Below are positions 1 through 9,198 of a stretch of DNA of 64,000 nt, one piece after another. The notes below the pieces were generated by a model. It was not told the DNA's origin and made no database searches. It was given only the letters and a program-made list of their open reading frames with translations. The position numbers were made by a program, and so were the translations under genes. The DNA comes from Candidatus Babeliales bacterium (lineage in GTDB: Bacteria > Babelota > Babeliae > Babelales > JANWKD01). Within the stretch, counting starts at the first letter, position 1. Each line of letters opens with the position of its first letter. Location of the stretch: positions 428,132 to 492,131 of the forward strand of contig OY969622.1 of NCBI GenBank assembly GCA_963701665.1, given 5' to 3'.

Positions 1-1
1 T

Positions 2-814
2 CAATTTTGGGGGAAGTAACTGGATGAAACCTACCGTATCGGAAATAACACCCTTTTTCTTGCCGCCAATAAAAAGTTGCCGTGTTGTTGTATCCAGCGT
101 AGCAAATAAGCGATCTTCTGCTAACACATCACTTTTAGTTAATGTATTAAGGATGGTTGATTTTCCTGCATTGGTGTAACCAATTAAGCATATGAGCGGC
201 ACATCATGCGTTAACCGTTGTTTGCGTTGCGTTTCACGCGTTTGATGAATGCGTTCTAACTGTTTTTTGAGTTTGATAATTTCATCTTCAATGTGACGGC
301 GCTCGCGCTCTTTTGCTGTTTCACCCGCGCCTGCCATGGTTCCCGCTGTACCGGATTGTTGCGCTAAATGAACACCTCTTCCTGAAAGTCGAGATTTTTT
401 GTGCTGCAGCATAGCAATTTGTACTTGCGTTTTGCCTTCAGCTGAATGAGCAGATTTTTCAAAAATTTCTAATATGAGTTGCGTGCGATCAAACACTTTT
501 CTGTGCAAGAAGTCTCGCAAATTCCGTTCTTGTTGTGGCGAGATGGGTTCTGAAAGAATTACTTCATCAATATCATGCTTTTCGCATAATTCAAGCAGTT
601 GTTCCAATTTACCTTTTTGAATAAAAGTACCTGGATCGATATCACGTAACTTAAAAAAGATTATTTCATCAAATTTAATATTGTTCGATTTAACGAGATT
701 AACAAATTCTTCAAAATAGGCATTGATATCGGGCGTATGGTTATAGGGAGCGTGGATGCCTACTACAAGGACTTTGGGGCGGTATGCAGAGAGTAATTGA
801 GCTTTTTTTGTCAT
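2..814 (-). CDS. hflX: GTPase HflX (3' end runs off window)
   Basis: Manual translation from ATG at 814: MTKKAQLL..., DRTQLILEIF, LIGYTNAGKSTILN (G1), LFATLDTTTR (G2), SDTVGFI (G3). Confidence 0.95.
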   Translation of the reverse strand, partial: MTKKAQLLSAYRPKVLVVGIHAPYNHTPDINAYFEEFVNLVKSNNIKFDEIIFFKLRDIDPGTFIQKGKLEQLLELCEKHDIDEVILSEPISPQQERNLRDFLHRKVFDRTQLILEIFEKSAHSAEGKTQVQIAMLQHKKSRLSGRGVHLAQQSGTAGTMAGAGETAKERERRHIEDEIIKLKKQLERIHQTRETQRKQRLTHDVPLICLIGYTNAGKSTILNTLTKSDVLAEDRLFATLDTTTRQLFIGGKKKGVISDTVGFIQLLPPKL

Positions 815-881
815 ATGTTTTTATTATTTTCTTATTAAAGTTATCTTTTTTTTCTAATAGTATACTAAAGATGGTGACGAA

Positions 882-917
882 TGTCATTCTGAGGAGCGTA
901 GCGACGTAGGAATCCAG
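882..917. repeat. Solitary TGTC-tagged REP-like palindrome
   Basis: tgtcattctgag-gagcgtagcga-cgtaggaatcca; near reverse complement of 1225-1259. Confidence 0.85.
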
Positions 918-956
918 TCTTTTGTATAAATCCTTTATAAAAACTCTGTTATTGTG

Positions 957-1103
957 ACTTACGCAGTCATGCGGGCCTCATGTCGGCCAGGCACAAGGTA
1001 TTTTGTGCGCCCAAAATACCTTGAACAAAAGGGCGCCAACGTTCCGTTGGATTACTCCCGCTCGGCATGAACCACTCCATCATTGATGCTTCGCATCAAG
1101 ATT
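957..1103 (+). repeat. ~147 bp structured repeat, left copy (inverted relative to 1299-1449)
   Basis: 957-1051 matches the reverse complement of 1355-1449 with about 5 mismatches; weaker similarity continues to ~1103/1299; internal hairpins. Confidence 0.9.
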
Positions 1104-1145
1104 CCAGATTCATGAACTCGCTATCGGATCCTCATTTAACAGAAT

Positions 1146-1259
1146 TGTCATTGCGAGCCCTGTTAAGGGCGTGGCAATCCAGATAATAAAATTAGTTCCT
1201 TGAAATAAGGTTATATTAAAATTTTGGATTCCTACGTCGCTTCGCTTCTCAGAATGACA
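1146..1259. repeat. REP-like doublet (BIME/REPIN-like)
   Basis: tgtcattgcgag-ccctgttaaggg-cgtggcaatcca, AT-rich linker, then tggattcctacg...ctcagaatgaca. Confidence 0.9.
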
Positions 1260-1298
1260 ATACTTATATTGTAAAAGTCATGTAGCGCGACAAGCTCA

Positions 1299-1449
1299 AA
1301 ATCATGATGCGCAGCATCAATGTTTTTGAGTGCGCATTTCGCGCGGGAGAAAGGTCCAACAGAATGTTGGCGCCCTTTTGTTCAAGGTATTTTGGGCGCG
1401 CAAAATACCTTGTGTCTGGCCGACATGAGGCCCGCATAACTGCGTAAGT
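1299..1449 (-). repeat. ~147 bp structured repeat, right copy
   Basis: Reverse complement of 957-1103. Confidence 0.9.
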
Positions 1450-1526
1450 TAAAATTAAAAGCTTTTTCTAAAGAATCATAAATTGAGCAATCTCAATAAT
1501 AATGATAGAATGGCATGGTCGATTAA

Positions 1527-1889
1527 ATGTATAGGGAAGCCATGATGATTAAAAAATATATTTTTGTTGTTACTTTGCTCTGTATTGCACAACCAACACA
1601 AGCAATCATGCGAGAGGTTTTAGATATCGTCACTGCTGGAGTATTGGCAGGAGGTGCCGTCTACGCAGGAAATGAAGCAAAAAAAGAATTTAAAAAATTA
1701 GATTCAAATAAAATATTTAAAGAACAAAAAAAGCAACTAGCAAAAGATATCCAAGAAACGAATTTGAAGAAAATCGGAAATAGTACAAAAGGTATCATGT
1801 GTGAATCTGCAAAGCCTGTTTTATTGACCGCCTATGCGGCGTATACGGGTTTGTTAGCTCTTGTGTTCTTTATTGATGCAATTAGGTAA
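1527..1889 (+). CDS. Hypothetical exported/membrane protein
   Basis: Signal-peptide-like N-terminus (KKYIFVVTLLCIAQPTQA), C-terminal hydrophobic helix; true start may be 1542/1545. Confidence 0.7.
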   Translation: MYREAMMIKKYIFVVTLLCIAQPTQAIMREVLDIVTAGVLAGGAVYAGNEAKKEFKKLDSNKIFKEQKKQLAKDIQETNLKKIGNSTKGIMCESAKPVLLTAYAAYTGLLALVFFIDAIR

Positions 1890-1902
1890 GGCACGTTAAA
1901 AA

Positions 1903-3234
1903 ATGTTTGAATTTTTATCCAACAAATTCGCCCACGTCTTTTCTCGTCTTGCTGGCCAAACGCAGCTGACTGAAAAAAACATCCAAGAAACTATGCAAAA
2001 AGTGCGTGAGGCATTGTTGGGCGCTGATGTGCCGGATGCTGTTGTCGACACTTTTTTGCAGGAAATTTCACAAGAGGTCGTTGGACAAAAATTAATCACT
2101 GCATCGTTGAAACCTGGTGAGCAGTTTATAAAAATTGTTCACAGCAAATTATTGGCGTTTTTAGGTGGGCAAGATACTTCTTTATTTACCTTCCAAATTC
2201 CTTCTATCGTTATGATGATGGGTCTTCAAGGTTCAGGAAAAACAACAACGACCGCAAAACTTGCTCGTTTTATAAAAAAACAAGCTGAGCAACGTGGCAA
2301 AACGCGTGCGATCTTGGTAGCCTCGATCGACTTTTATAGGCCAGCAGCGATCGATCAGCTTGAGATTGTTGCTCGACAAAATGATATTTCCTTTTATAGA
2401 TCTCCTTATACAGAACCTTTGAAGGCTGCGCTGGATATCCATGCATATTATAAACAGCATGGCTTTGAGATGTTGTTGCTTGATACTGCTGGTAGAATGC
2501 ATGTTGATACTGCCATGATGCAAGAAATTCAACTTGTTGATCAGAAATTACAACCGAAATATAAATTTCTCGTGCTTGATGCTATGACAGGGCAAGAATC
2601 ATTGCGTGTGGCACAATCTTTCCAAGATGCTGTCGGATTTCATGGCGCCATTCTTACAAAAATGGATAGTGAAACGCGCGCAGGATGTGCACTCGCCTTT
2701 CGGTATTGTTTGAAAAAACCGATTTTATTTGTCGGAACGGGCGAGAAAGCGAGTGATCTTGAACAATTTAGGCCTGAGCGTATTGCCGACCGCATGTTAG
2801 GCATGGGTGATATTCAAACACTCATTGAAAAAGCCGATGAAAAAATAAAAAAATCTGAACAAGAGGCATTGGCTTCTTCTTTACAAAAAGGCAAAATGAC
2901 GCTACATGATTTTGCCAAACAGCTAGAAATGATGAACAAGATAGGCTCATTGTCTCAAATTATGAAATATATGCCGGGAGTACCCCTTGCTTCTGTATCT
3001 TCAGAAACGATAAACAAGGGCGAAGCTGAGCTTAAAAAGTTCAAAGCTATCATAAGTTCCATGACCATGAAAGAGCGATTGCTCCCTAATCTTCTTAACG
3101 CTTCACGCAAGCTGCGTGTTGCCAAGGGGGCTGGGGTGGTGGTCCACGATGTGAACATGTTATTAGATCGATTTGAAAAAAGTAAGGAAATTGTTAAACT
3201 TTTTAGTAAGTTTAAACGTTTCCCTGGATTTTAA
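1903..3234 (+). CDS. ffh: Signal recognition particle protein Ffh
   Basis: GLQGSGKTTT, DTAGR, TKMD, GMGDI, Met-rich M domain. Confidence 0.97.
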   Translation: MFEFLSNKFAHVFSRLAGQTQLTEKNIQETMQKVREALLGADVPDAVVDTFLQEISQEVVGQKLITASLKPGEQFIKIVHSKLLAFLGGQDTSLFTFQIPSIVMMMGLQGSGKTTTTAKLARFIKKQAEQRGKTRAILVASIDFYRPAAIDQLEIVARQNDISFYRSPYTEPLKAALDIHAYYKQHGFEMLLLDTAGRMHVDTAMMQEIQLVDQKLQPKYKFLVLDAMTGQESLRVAQSFQDAVGFHGAILTKMDSETRAGCALAFRYCLKKPILFVGTGEKASDLEQFRPERIADRMLGMGDIQTLIEKADEKIKKSEQEALASSLQKGKMTLHDFAKQLEMMNKIGSLSQIMKYMPGVPLASVSSETINKGEAELKKFKAIISSMTMKERLLPNLLNASRKLRVAKGAGVVVHDVNMLLDRFEKSKEIVKLFSKFKRFPGF

Positions 3235-3274
3235 CTAAAATTATACCGCTAGGTTTAAAGAAAGGATTTTCTAG

Positions 3275-3520
3275 ATGGCAGTAAAAATACGGCTGTCACG
3301 AATTGGTAAAAAGAATGCTCCTTTTTATCGTATCGTTGCCATTGATTCCCGTAAAAAAAGAGATGGAAAGTATATTGAAGATTTGGGTACCTATAACCCA
3401 TTAACTGGTGAATTAATACAATTCCACCAAGCACGCGTTGATGAATGGCTTAAAAAGGGTGCAATTCCTTCTGAAACCGTTGAACGTTTGCACCGGTTAG
3501 CTAAGCAACGAGCGGCATAG
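3275..3520 (+). CDS. rpsP: 30S ribosomal protein S16
   Basis: MAVKIRLSRIGKKNAPFYRIVAIDSR. Confidence 0.98.
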   Translation: MAVKIRLSRIGKKNAPFYRIVAIDSRKKRDGKYIEDLGTYNPLTGELIQFHQARVDEWLKKGAIPSETVERLHRLAKQRAA

Positions 3521-3534
3521 CACAGGAAGCCTAC

Positions 3535-3759
3535 ATGCTCAAACCATTATTAGAATTTGCAATTAAGCATCTTGTTGATCATCCAGATCAAGTCATACTC
3601 CATGAGACCCAGACAGAATCAAAAATCGTTATAGAAATTAATGTTTCTCCTCTCGATCTTAAACGAGTTATAGGAAAAGACGGCCGTATTGTACGAGCCC
3701 TGAGAACAATGGTAAATAATATCGATGGGGTTGGCCCTGTTGAGCTTATTGTAAAATAG
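3535..3759 (+). CDS. khpA: KH-domain RNA-binding protein KhpA/YlqC
   Basis: LVDHPDQV, VIGKDGR (GxxG), position after rpsP. Confidence 0.9.
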   Translation: MLKPLLEFAIKHLVDHPDQVILHETQTESKIVIEINVSPLDLKRVIGKDGRIVRALRTMVNNIDGVGPVELIVK

Positions 3760-3770
3760 CGTTGTTTCTC

Positions 3771-5090
3771 ATGAATATTTCTCTTCTTACGGTCTTTCCT
3801 CAGCTTTATGATGTTTTTCTTAAGACCAGTCTGATGCAACGAGCGCAAGAAAAGAATATTGTTCGGTATGATGTCGATACCTTTTTTTCGTTCGTTCAGC
3901 CAAAAGAACGCATTGATGCGCCTACCTTTGGGCATGCCGCTGGCATGCTCATAAAGCCGGAGGTTGTGCAAAAAGCAGTTGAGGCTAAAGAGGCCGCTTA
4001 TGGCAAAGCCTATAAAATTTTCTTTTCCCCCCAAGGCAAAAAGCTTACCCAAGATCTCCTGAAAACTATCATTGAAAAAGCACAAAAAACGGAGCATCTC
4101 ATGCTCATCGCAGGACGTTATGAAGGCATGGATGCACGCGTTGAAGAAGTGTATGCTGATGAACTTATTTCAATGGGTGATTTTGTGCTCCTATCGGGAG
4201 ATTTGCCAGCCATGATGATGCTTGAAGGATTAGTGCGCTTGCTTCCTGGCGTTGTTGGTAAACAAGAATCTGTTGAGCGCGAATCTTTTTCCGGTCCTTT
4301 CGTCGACCATCCGGAATATACCGTGCCGGTAACATGGCAAGGACTTGAAGTGCCGGAGATAATACGATCTGGCAATCATGCCGCGATTAAAAAATGGCAA
4401 GAAGAAGCCGCTGCTCAAAACACCGTAAAAGATCATTTTACGTGGCTTTCATCGTGTCTGCTTACGACATCACAAAAAAAATTAGCACGGAACTATATTC
4501 CGGCTCATTATTGTGCCCTCATGCATGATCAGGTTCTTTTACCACAAAATCAGGTAGGTACAACCTCAGTTACTTCCCTCGATATCCATGATATTGCGCG
4601 CTCAGCCTGCACCTTTGGTATTTTGAACTATTTTATTGTTACCCCATTGCTAGATCAACAACGCATTGTCGAGCGCCTGCTTGAATTTTGGAAGACAGGC
4701 GAGGGCGTTGATTATAATCATCATCGGCATCAGGCTGTAAGGAATGTAGAATTGGCTGACTCACTCGCTCAGGTTATTGCTGCTATTGAGGCAAAAGAAG
4801 GCAAAAAACCGCTTCTTGTTGCAACATCCGCGCGCTATCATGATGAGCAGTTTGGTAACAAAATAATTACCTATTTCCAGCAGGATCGTGTGTGGGAATC
4901 CGATCGGCCTGTATTGCTTTTGTTTGGAACGGGCCATGGCCTTGCGCCGGAAGTAGTCGAACGCTGCGACTTTTTATTGACCCCGCTAGAGGGATTCTCT
5001 GATTTTAACCATTTATCGGTACGCTCGGCGGTGGCAATAATTTTGGATCGCTGGCTCGGTATTAACCCACGAATAATTCAGAAACAATGA
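3771..5090 (+). CDS. trmD: tRNA m1G37 methyltransferase TrmD fused to a C-terminal second SPOUT methyltransferase (Tm1570/DUF2168-like)
   Basis: TrmD motifs SPQG, GRYEGMDARV, SMGDFVLLSGD, SGNHAAI; C-terminal LDIHDIARS, LLFGTGHGL, FNHLSVRSAVAIILDRW. Confidence 0.92.
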   Translation: MNISLLTVFPQLYDVFLKTSLMQRAQEKNIVRYDVDTFFSFVQPKERIDAPTFGHAAGMLIKPEVVQKAVEAKEAAYGKAYKIFFSPQGKKLTQDLLKTIIEKAQKTEHLMLIAGRYEGMDARVEEVYADELISMGDFVLLSGDLPAMMMLEGLVRLLPGVVGKQESVERESFSGPFVDHPEYTVPVTWQGLEVPEIIRSGNHAAIKKWQEEAAAQNTVKDHFTWLSSCLLTTSQKKLARNYIPAHYCALMHDQVLLPQNQVGTTSVTSLDIHDIARSACTFGILNYFIVTPLLDQQRIVERLLEFWKTGEGVDYNHHRHQAVRNVELADSLAQVIAAIEAKEGKKPLLVATSARYHDEQFGNKIITYFQQDRVWESDRPVLLLFGTGHGLAPEVVERCDFLLTPLEGFSDFNHLSVRSAVAIILDRWLGINPRIIQKQ

Positions 5091-5187
5091 ACATTGGCAG
5101 AGTAACATTTTTTTTGTATACTTGAGCGTATATACAGCCAAAATACAGGTTTTCTGCTTGAAAAATGAACTATAAGGAATACTTTTC

Positions 5188-5583
5188 ATGAAAGCTAAAA
5201 AATTTACCAAAGAAACCATTCTATCATACGGTACCCAAGATCGTAAGTTTCCTGCATTAGCCATCGGCGATGTGGTTATTGTTGAACAAAAAATAAAAGA
5301 AGGCGATAAAGAACGTCTTCAAGCCTTTGAAGGTGCTATTATTGCGATGAATAACAATGGCGTTGCAAGCACTATCACGGTAAGAAAAATTGGGGCAAAT
5401 GCCGTTGCAATTGAAAAAATATTCCCTTATTATTCCCCTCGTATCGCTTCTATCAAAATTGTCCGTTCTGGACGCGTGCGTCGTGCAAAATTATACTACT
5501 TGCGTGGGCGTGTTGGACGTGCAGCTCATGTCGAGCGCAAAAAATTATTAGGCGCAGCAGCAGAAGCTCAACAAGTTCGATAA
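5188..5583 (+). CDS. rplS: 50S ribosomal protein L19
   Basis: KERLQAFEG, GRVRRAKLYYLR. Confidence 0.97.
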   Translation: MKAKKFTKETILSYGTQDRKFPALAIGDVVIVEQKIKEGDKERLQAFEGAIIAMNNNGVASTITVRKIGANAVAIEKIFPYYSPRIASIKIVRSGRVRRAKLYYLRGRVGRAAHVERKKLLGAAAEAQQVR

Positions 5584-5584
5584 G

Positions 5585-6031
5585 TTGTTTGCATACATGT
5601 GTGAAAAAAGATTTTTTTTCACCTTTGCGCTCGTTTTTTTTGTGCTTATTTTAGCAGGATGTAAAAGAACACAGCAGCATGATGTAGTAGAATCTTTGCC
5701 TGTTCTCAAACAAGAGTTTGTTGAAGCGCGTCTCCATGATGTGCCGCTTTTATTGCGCGCGACAAATCTTTGTATGTTACATAATCAGCAAGATGGTGAT
5801 GCTATTATCCTGAAATATACGTCATATTTTTCTTTAGCTGATGCGGTGATCTTCTATGAAGAACATATGGAGCGTTTTGGCTGGCATAAATTAGCATGTT
5901 TTGAAAGTGGCCAAGAAGTTTTACTCAACTATGAAAAGCCTCAAAAGTATTGCTCTATCTCGTTGCGCATTCAGCAGAATGATGTGTGTGTTGTGATCTA
6001 TTCGGCACCAAAAACATTAGACTATTCATAA
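5585..6031 (+). CDS. Hypothetical lipoprotein
   Basis: Hydrophobic N-terminus with lipobox LAGC. Confidence 0.7.
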   Translation: MFAYMCEKRFFFTFALVFFVLILAGCKRTQQHDVVESLPVLKQEFVEARLHDVPLLLRATNLCMLHNQQDGDAIILKYTSYFSLADAVIFYEEHMERFGWHKLACFESGQEVLLNYEKPQKYCSISLRIQQNDVCVVIYSAPKTLDYS

Positions 6032-6090
6032 TCTTGATGATCTCATTGCAAGTATAGTACGTTAAATAGTAACTAACGCGAACGCAAGGA

Positions 6091-6190
6091 TGTCATCCCG
6101 AGGCGTTAGCCGTGGGGATCCAAACTTTAATTAATTCCTTAAAGGAACTAATTTTATAATTGGATTGCCACGCATTCGCTCGCAATGACA
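6091..6190. repeat. REP-like doublet
   Basis: tgtcatcccgag-gcgttagc-cgtggggatcca, linker, tggattgccacg...ctcgcaatgaca; near-identical inverted copy at 21591-21690. Confidence 0.92.
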
Positions 6191-6245
6191 ACTTTTGTTT
6201 CCAATATCATTTCCTGCGGCATAGTAACATCGAAAAAAAGGGATT

Positions 6246-6482
6246 GTGATGAAAATTAAAAAAATGCTTCTAGTATCGTTTCTTTTTTATGCGCCACTTA
6301 TTGCTATGCAACCACAACAAAAGCAGAAACAGATTTCAAACTACTATCAAAATGTGGAAGATTATTTTCATGGACTGCCAGGCAGCAGTAAGAATGCAAG
6401 CAAAACAACTAAAATATGTATTATAATAACTGAGTGTGATCAAAAATTAAAAGAATCAAAGAAGAAAAAGCCAGGTTCTTGA
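6246..6482 (+). CDS. Small exported hypothetical protein
   Basis: Signal peptide (..APLIA|M), basic C-terminus KKKKP. Confidence 0.6.
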   Translation: MMKIKKMLLVSFLFYAPLIAMQPQQKQKQISNYYQNVEDYFHGLPGSSKNASKTTKICIIITECDQKLKESKKKKPGS

Positions 6483-6486
6483 GCTT

Positions 6487-6918
6487 TTATTTTTTAGATT
6501 CAAGCTCTAATTTTTTTGCCTCAATTTCAAGCCTTTTAGCCTCGTTCTTTGCTTCTTGTTCACGCAATTCTAATTCACGCATTTTAATTTCAGTTGCTTT
6601 TTCTTGTTCGGCTGCTTGTGCGCTTTGACGAGTGCGTTGTTTTTTCATTGGTCTATATTCTTCTTCATAATCGCATTCTTGTCGTTTTCGCTTATTGCTG
6701 CGCGGTCTTTCTATATAGCGGGTTTCTGGTACTTTAATATAACGAACCTCCGAGGGTTGTTGATAAACGGGCTGTTGTCGAGGGGCAGTTAAGGCACTGC
6801 CAACAAGACTGCCCGTGAATCCTCCCGCAAAACTACCGCCAAAATTGCTGCCACCTGCGTATACGCTTGAAACCGCTAAAAAGCTTAGTATTAAAGCTAT
6901 TTTTTGATACATCTTCAT
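6487..6918 (-). CDS. Exported hypothetical protein (Gly-rich segment, basic patches, coiled-coil tail)
   Basis: Signal peptide SVYA, GGSFAGGFTG, KRKRQ, PMKKQR; RBS aggag. Confidence 0.8.
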   Translation of the reverse strand: MKMYQKIALILSFLAVSSVYAGGSNFGGSFAGGFTGSLVGSALTAPRQQPVYQQPSEVRYIKVPETRYIERPRSNKRKRQECDYEEEYRPMKKQRTRQSAQAAEQEKATEIKMRELELREQEAKNEAKRLEIEAKKLELESKK

Positions 6919-7164
6919 ACCAAAAACTCCTTATTTGTCATGTTCTTCTAAATAATTTTTATGTAGTATAAGTTTATTAAAATTCAAATAGAAAAGTCAA
7001 TAATGCTAAAAAATATACGAGAGCTGATTTTAAGCCTATTTGCGAGGTAATAATTGCAAATTAGTAAATAGTGATTATATAAAAATTCCATTAATTGAAA
7101 GATATGGTATAAATGCTATACTTTTTAATAAGTCACTTACTAAGCGAAATGGAAGGCAAGCTCG

Positions 7165-7614
7165 ATGAATTTTAAAAAAATAACCTTTTTGAGTCTATTA
7201 TTATTTCCGATCATTTCATTTGCAGGTTTTGAAGAAATTCATGGACAACTAATTTGTATTTCTTATGAAGGTCTTCGTAATGAGATTAATGATTTCAAAA
7301 GGGAAGTTGAAGGAAAGTTGCATTTAAGTCAAACAGTAGCATTGTTCCAAGCTTCAATGAGTAAAGATGATATTATGAAAAAATTGCCCTGCAATCGTAC
7401 CTATACGATTTTACATTATTATAACGATATTAGGGATTATCAAGCTACAGCCGAACGAATAGTAACATTTTTAAAGAATGAGCGGGCTTTTCCAACTTTT
7501 ACTATTAACATGGAGGAAACAGTTGAGAACCTGACGACTCTGGATGCTGCGATATGGAAACTTTTTTTTGAAGAACTTTGTGAATTAAATGAAAGAAAAA
7601 TGAATGGAATTTAA
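7165..7614 (+). CDS. Exported hypothetical protein
   Basis: MNFKKITFLSLLLFPIISFA signal peptide. Confidence 0.75.
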   Translation: MNFKKITFLSLLLFPIISFAGFEEIHGQLICISYEGLRNEINDFKREVEGKLHLSQTVALFQASMSKDDIMKKLPCNRTYTILHYYNDIRDYQATAERIVTFLKNERAFPTFTINMEETVENLTTLDAAIWKLFFEELCELNERKMNGI

Positions 7615-8221
7615 AAAATTAATTTTAGCAATCTTAGTAATTTCAATGTCTGCACAGTCAGTTGCTTTTGCTTTTGATATTAAAACAGAAGCGCAGAAAT
7701 GCTTGGATTATTTACCAAAAAGTCCAGAAGCCAAGGTTGGATGTGCGTTAGGTGCATTCGGATTGGCAGTCGGTAGCGCTATTAGCTATTGTATATACAA
7801 AGAGTGTCAAAAAAAGAAAGCAGAAAAAGATTTTTGGAATAAAAAATCTGACTCAAAAATTGTAAAATTAGCTGCAGTTTTTATGCAAGATGTTGAAGAT
7901 CGTTTGGCATCGCAGTTAGAAAAGCTACGTGGCTCTTCCCCTTGCATTAAAGCTAATTTGGCGACGTTACAGTATGTGTGCGATCAGATTGAAACATGCC
8001 AAACTTGGCTAGAGCGTTTAACAAAAAGATCGCTTTTTGCGTGTGCCCAAAGAGTGAAAGATTTAGAATCTGATCTTAAACAATTGAGAAACGAGATGGA
8101 TATTTTCGTGAATAATGATTTTATTAAGCAATTCGAAACTCTATCTAATAAAGTACGTAATCAGCCTCCTGTCATTATTGCGTTTCCACCGTATCCCTAT
8201 GGATACAATTATTGCTACTAA
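7604..8221 (+). CDS. Exported/membrane hypothetical protein
   Basis: Signal peptide, one TM helix, coiled coil; overlaps the upstream gene. Confidence 0.75.
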   Translation: MEFKKLILAILVISMSAQSVAFAFDIKTEAQKCLDYLPKSPEAKVGCALGAFGLAVGSAISYCIYKECQKKKAEKDFWNKKSDSKIVKLAAVFMQDVEDRLASQLEKLRGSSPCIKANLATLQYVCDQIETCQTWLERLTKRSLFACAQRVKDLESDLKQLRNEMDIFVNNDFIKQFETLSNKVRNQPPVIIAFPPYPYGYNYCY

Positions 8222-8234
8222 GTTAGGAACATTT

Positions 8235-8645
8235 ATGATCTTTAAAAAATTTTTCTTGTTGTTTTCAATCATGTCATGTGCAGTAGCATTTTCTAATAAT
8301 GATGAAAAGCAGACTCGCTGGTATCACAAGAGTGATAAAGAAATTATTCAGATGCTTGAGGAAATTAACATAGCTCCCGAATTTAATCCGGCTATTTTAT
8401 TAATGCGTATTAAAAATGCACAAAATAAAGAACAGGGGATCCGCGAAATACTTACTGAAATGAATTGTAACATTGGTGAATATAGACATTTTATAGCAGA
8501 TTGTTTTTGGAATTGCTGCGAAATTTGGGAAGTATTAACTGATAAAAATCTTCTTAATACTGCTGCGGGGTCTAAAATAACAGAACTCATGAGAAATTTT
8601 TATACGTTAGAACATGAATTGAAAACGTATGAACATGAACAATAA
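8235..8645 (+). CDS. Exported hypothetical protein
   Basis: Start reassigned to ATG 8235 (RBS agga; MIFKKFFLLFSIMSCAVAFS). Confidence 0.7.
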   Translation: MIFKKFFLLFSIMSCAVAFSNNDEKQTRWYHKSDKEIIQMLEEINIAPEFNPAILLMRIKNAQNKEQGIREILTEMNCNIGEYRHFIADCFWNCCEIWEVLTDKNLLNTAAGSKITELMRNFYTLEHELKTYEHEQ

Positions 8646-9132
8646 AAAATACTTTATATTTGCGGTATTTCTTTTCTATGCTGTACCGATTTTCTCAAAA
8701 GTTACTTTTGAAAAGTCTGTATATGCAACTGCTGCTTATGATGATCACGAGGAATGGACTACTATCATCATCATATTAGATGATGATAGAATTGGGTATA
8801 TTACCTATGCCATTGATCGGTATGATGTAGCTGGTAACATTATCCCGCGTGAACAGTATGCAAAAGCAACGAGTGCGCAGTGCACTGCATATATTAAATT
8901 CATTCTTATTGATGATAACTATCAAAAACAAGGTTTTGGAAAAAAATTGATCCTTGAAGCATTCAAAGATATGAAAAGTAAGAAATGCACCTTAGTAACG
9001 CTCTTATCAAAAGGTGCAGCAATAGGATTTTACAAAAAAATAGGATTTACTACTGACGCACAAGAGGTGAAGCTTTTTATGGAGCTCTTTCATAGAAATG
9101 ATTATATGCCAATGCGGTATGCCTTCAAATAA
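8629..9132 (+). CDS. GNAT-family N-acetyltransferase with signal peptide
   Basis: Motif A YQKQGFGKKLI, motif B AIGFYKKIGF; N-terminal hydrophobic signal. Confidence 0.85.
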   Translation: MNMNNKKYFIFAVFLFYAVPIFSKVTFEKSVYATAAYDDHEEWTTIIIILDDDRIGYITYAIDRYDVAGNIIPREQYAKATSAQCTAYIKFILIDDNYQKQGFGKKLILEAFKDMKSKKCTLVTLLSKGAAIGFYKKIGFTTDAQEVKLFMELFHRNDYMPMRYAFK

Positions 9133-9160
9133 CAGTTTCTCGCCGCTATATAGTAATTAG

Positions 9161-9198
9161 AAAATAGCGATGCAAAAAATGCATCGCTATTTTTTTTG
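9161..9198. terminator. Bidirectional intrinsic terminator
   Basis: aaaatagcgatgca-aaaaa-tgcatcgctatttt between the convergent GNAT gene and murC. Confidence 0.8.

Noticed and set aside
882-1449. Possible CRISPR array
   Set aside because: The repeats are inverted palindromes, not direct repeats with unique regular spacers, and no cas genes are in the window.
1903-3260. SRP RNA gene near ffh
   Set aside because: I did not find the conserved SRP domain IV sequence (GNRA loop with the GGAAGCAGC-type flank) nearby.
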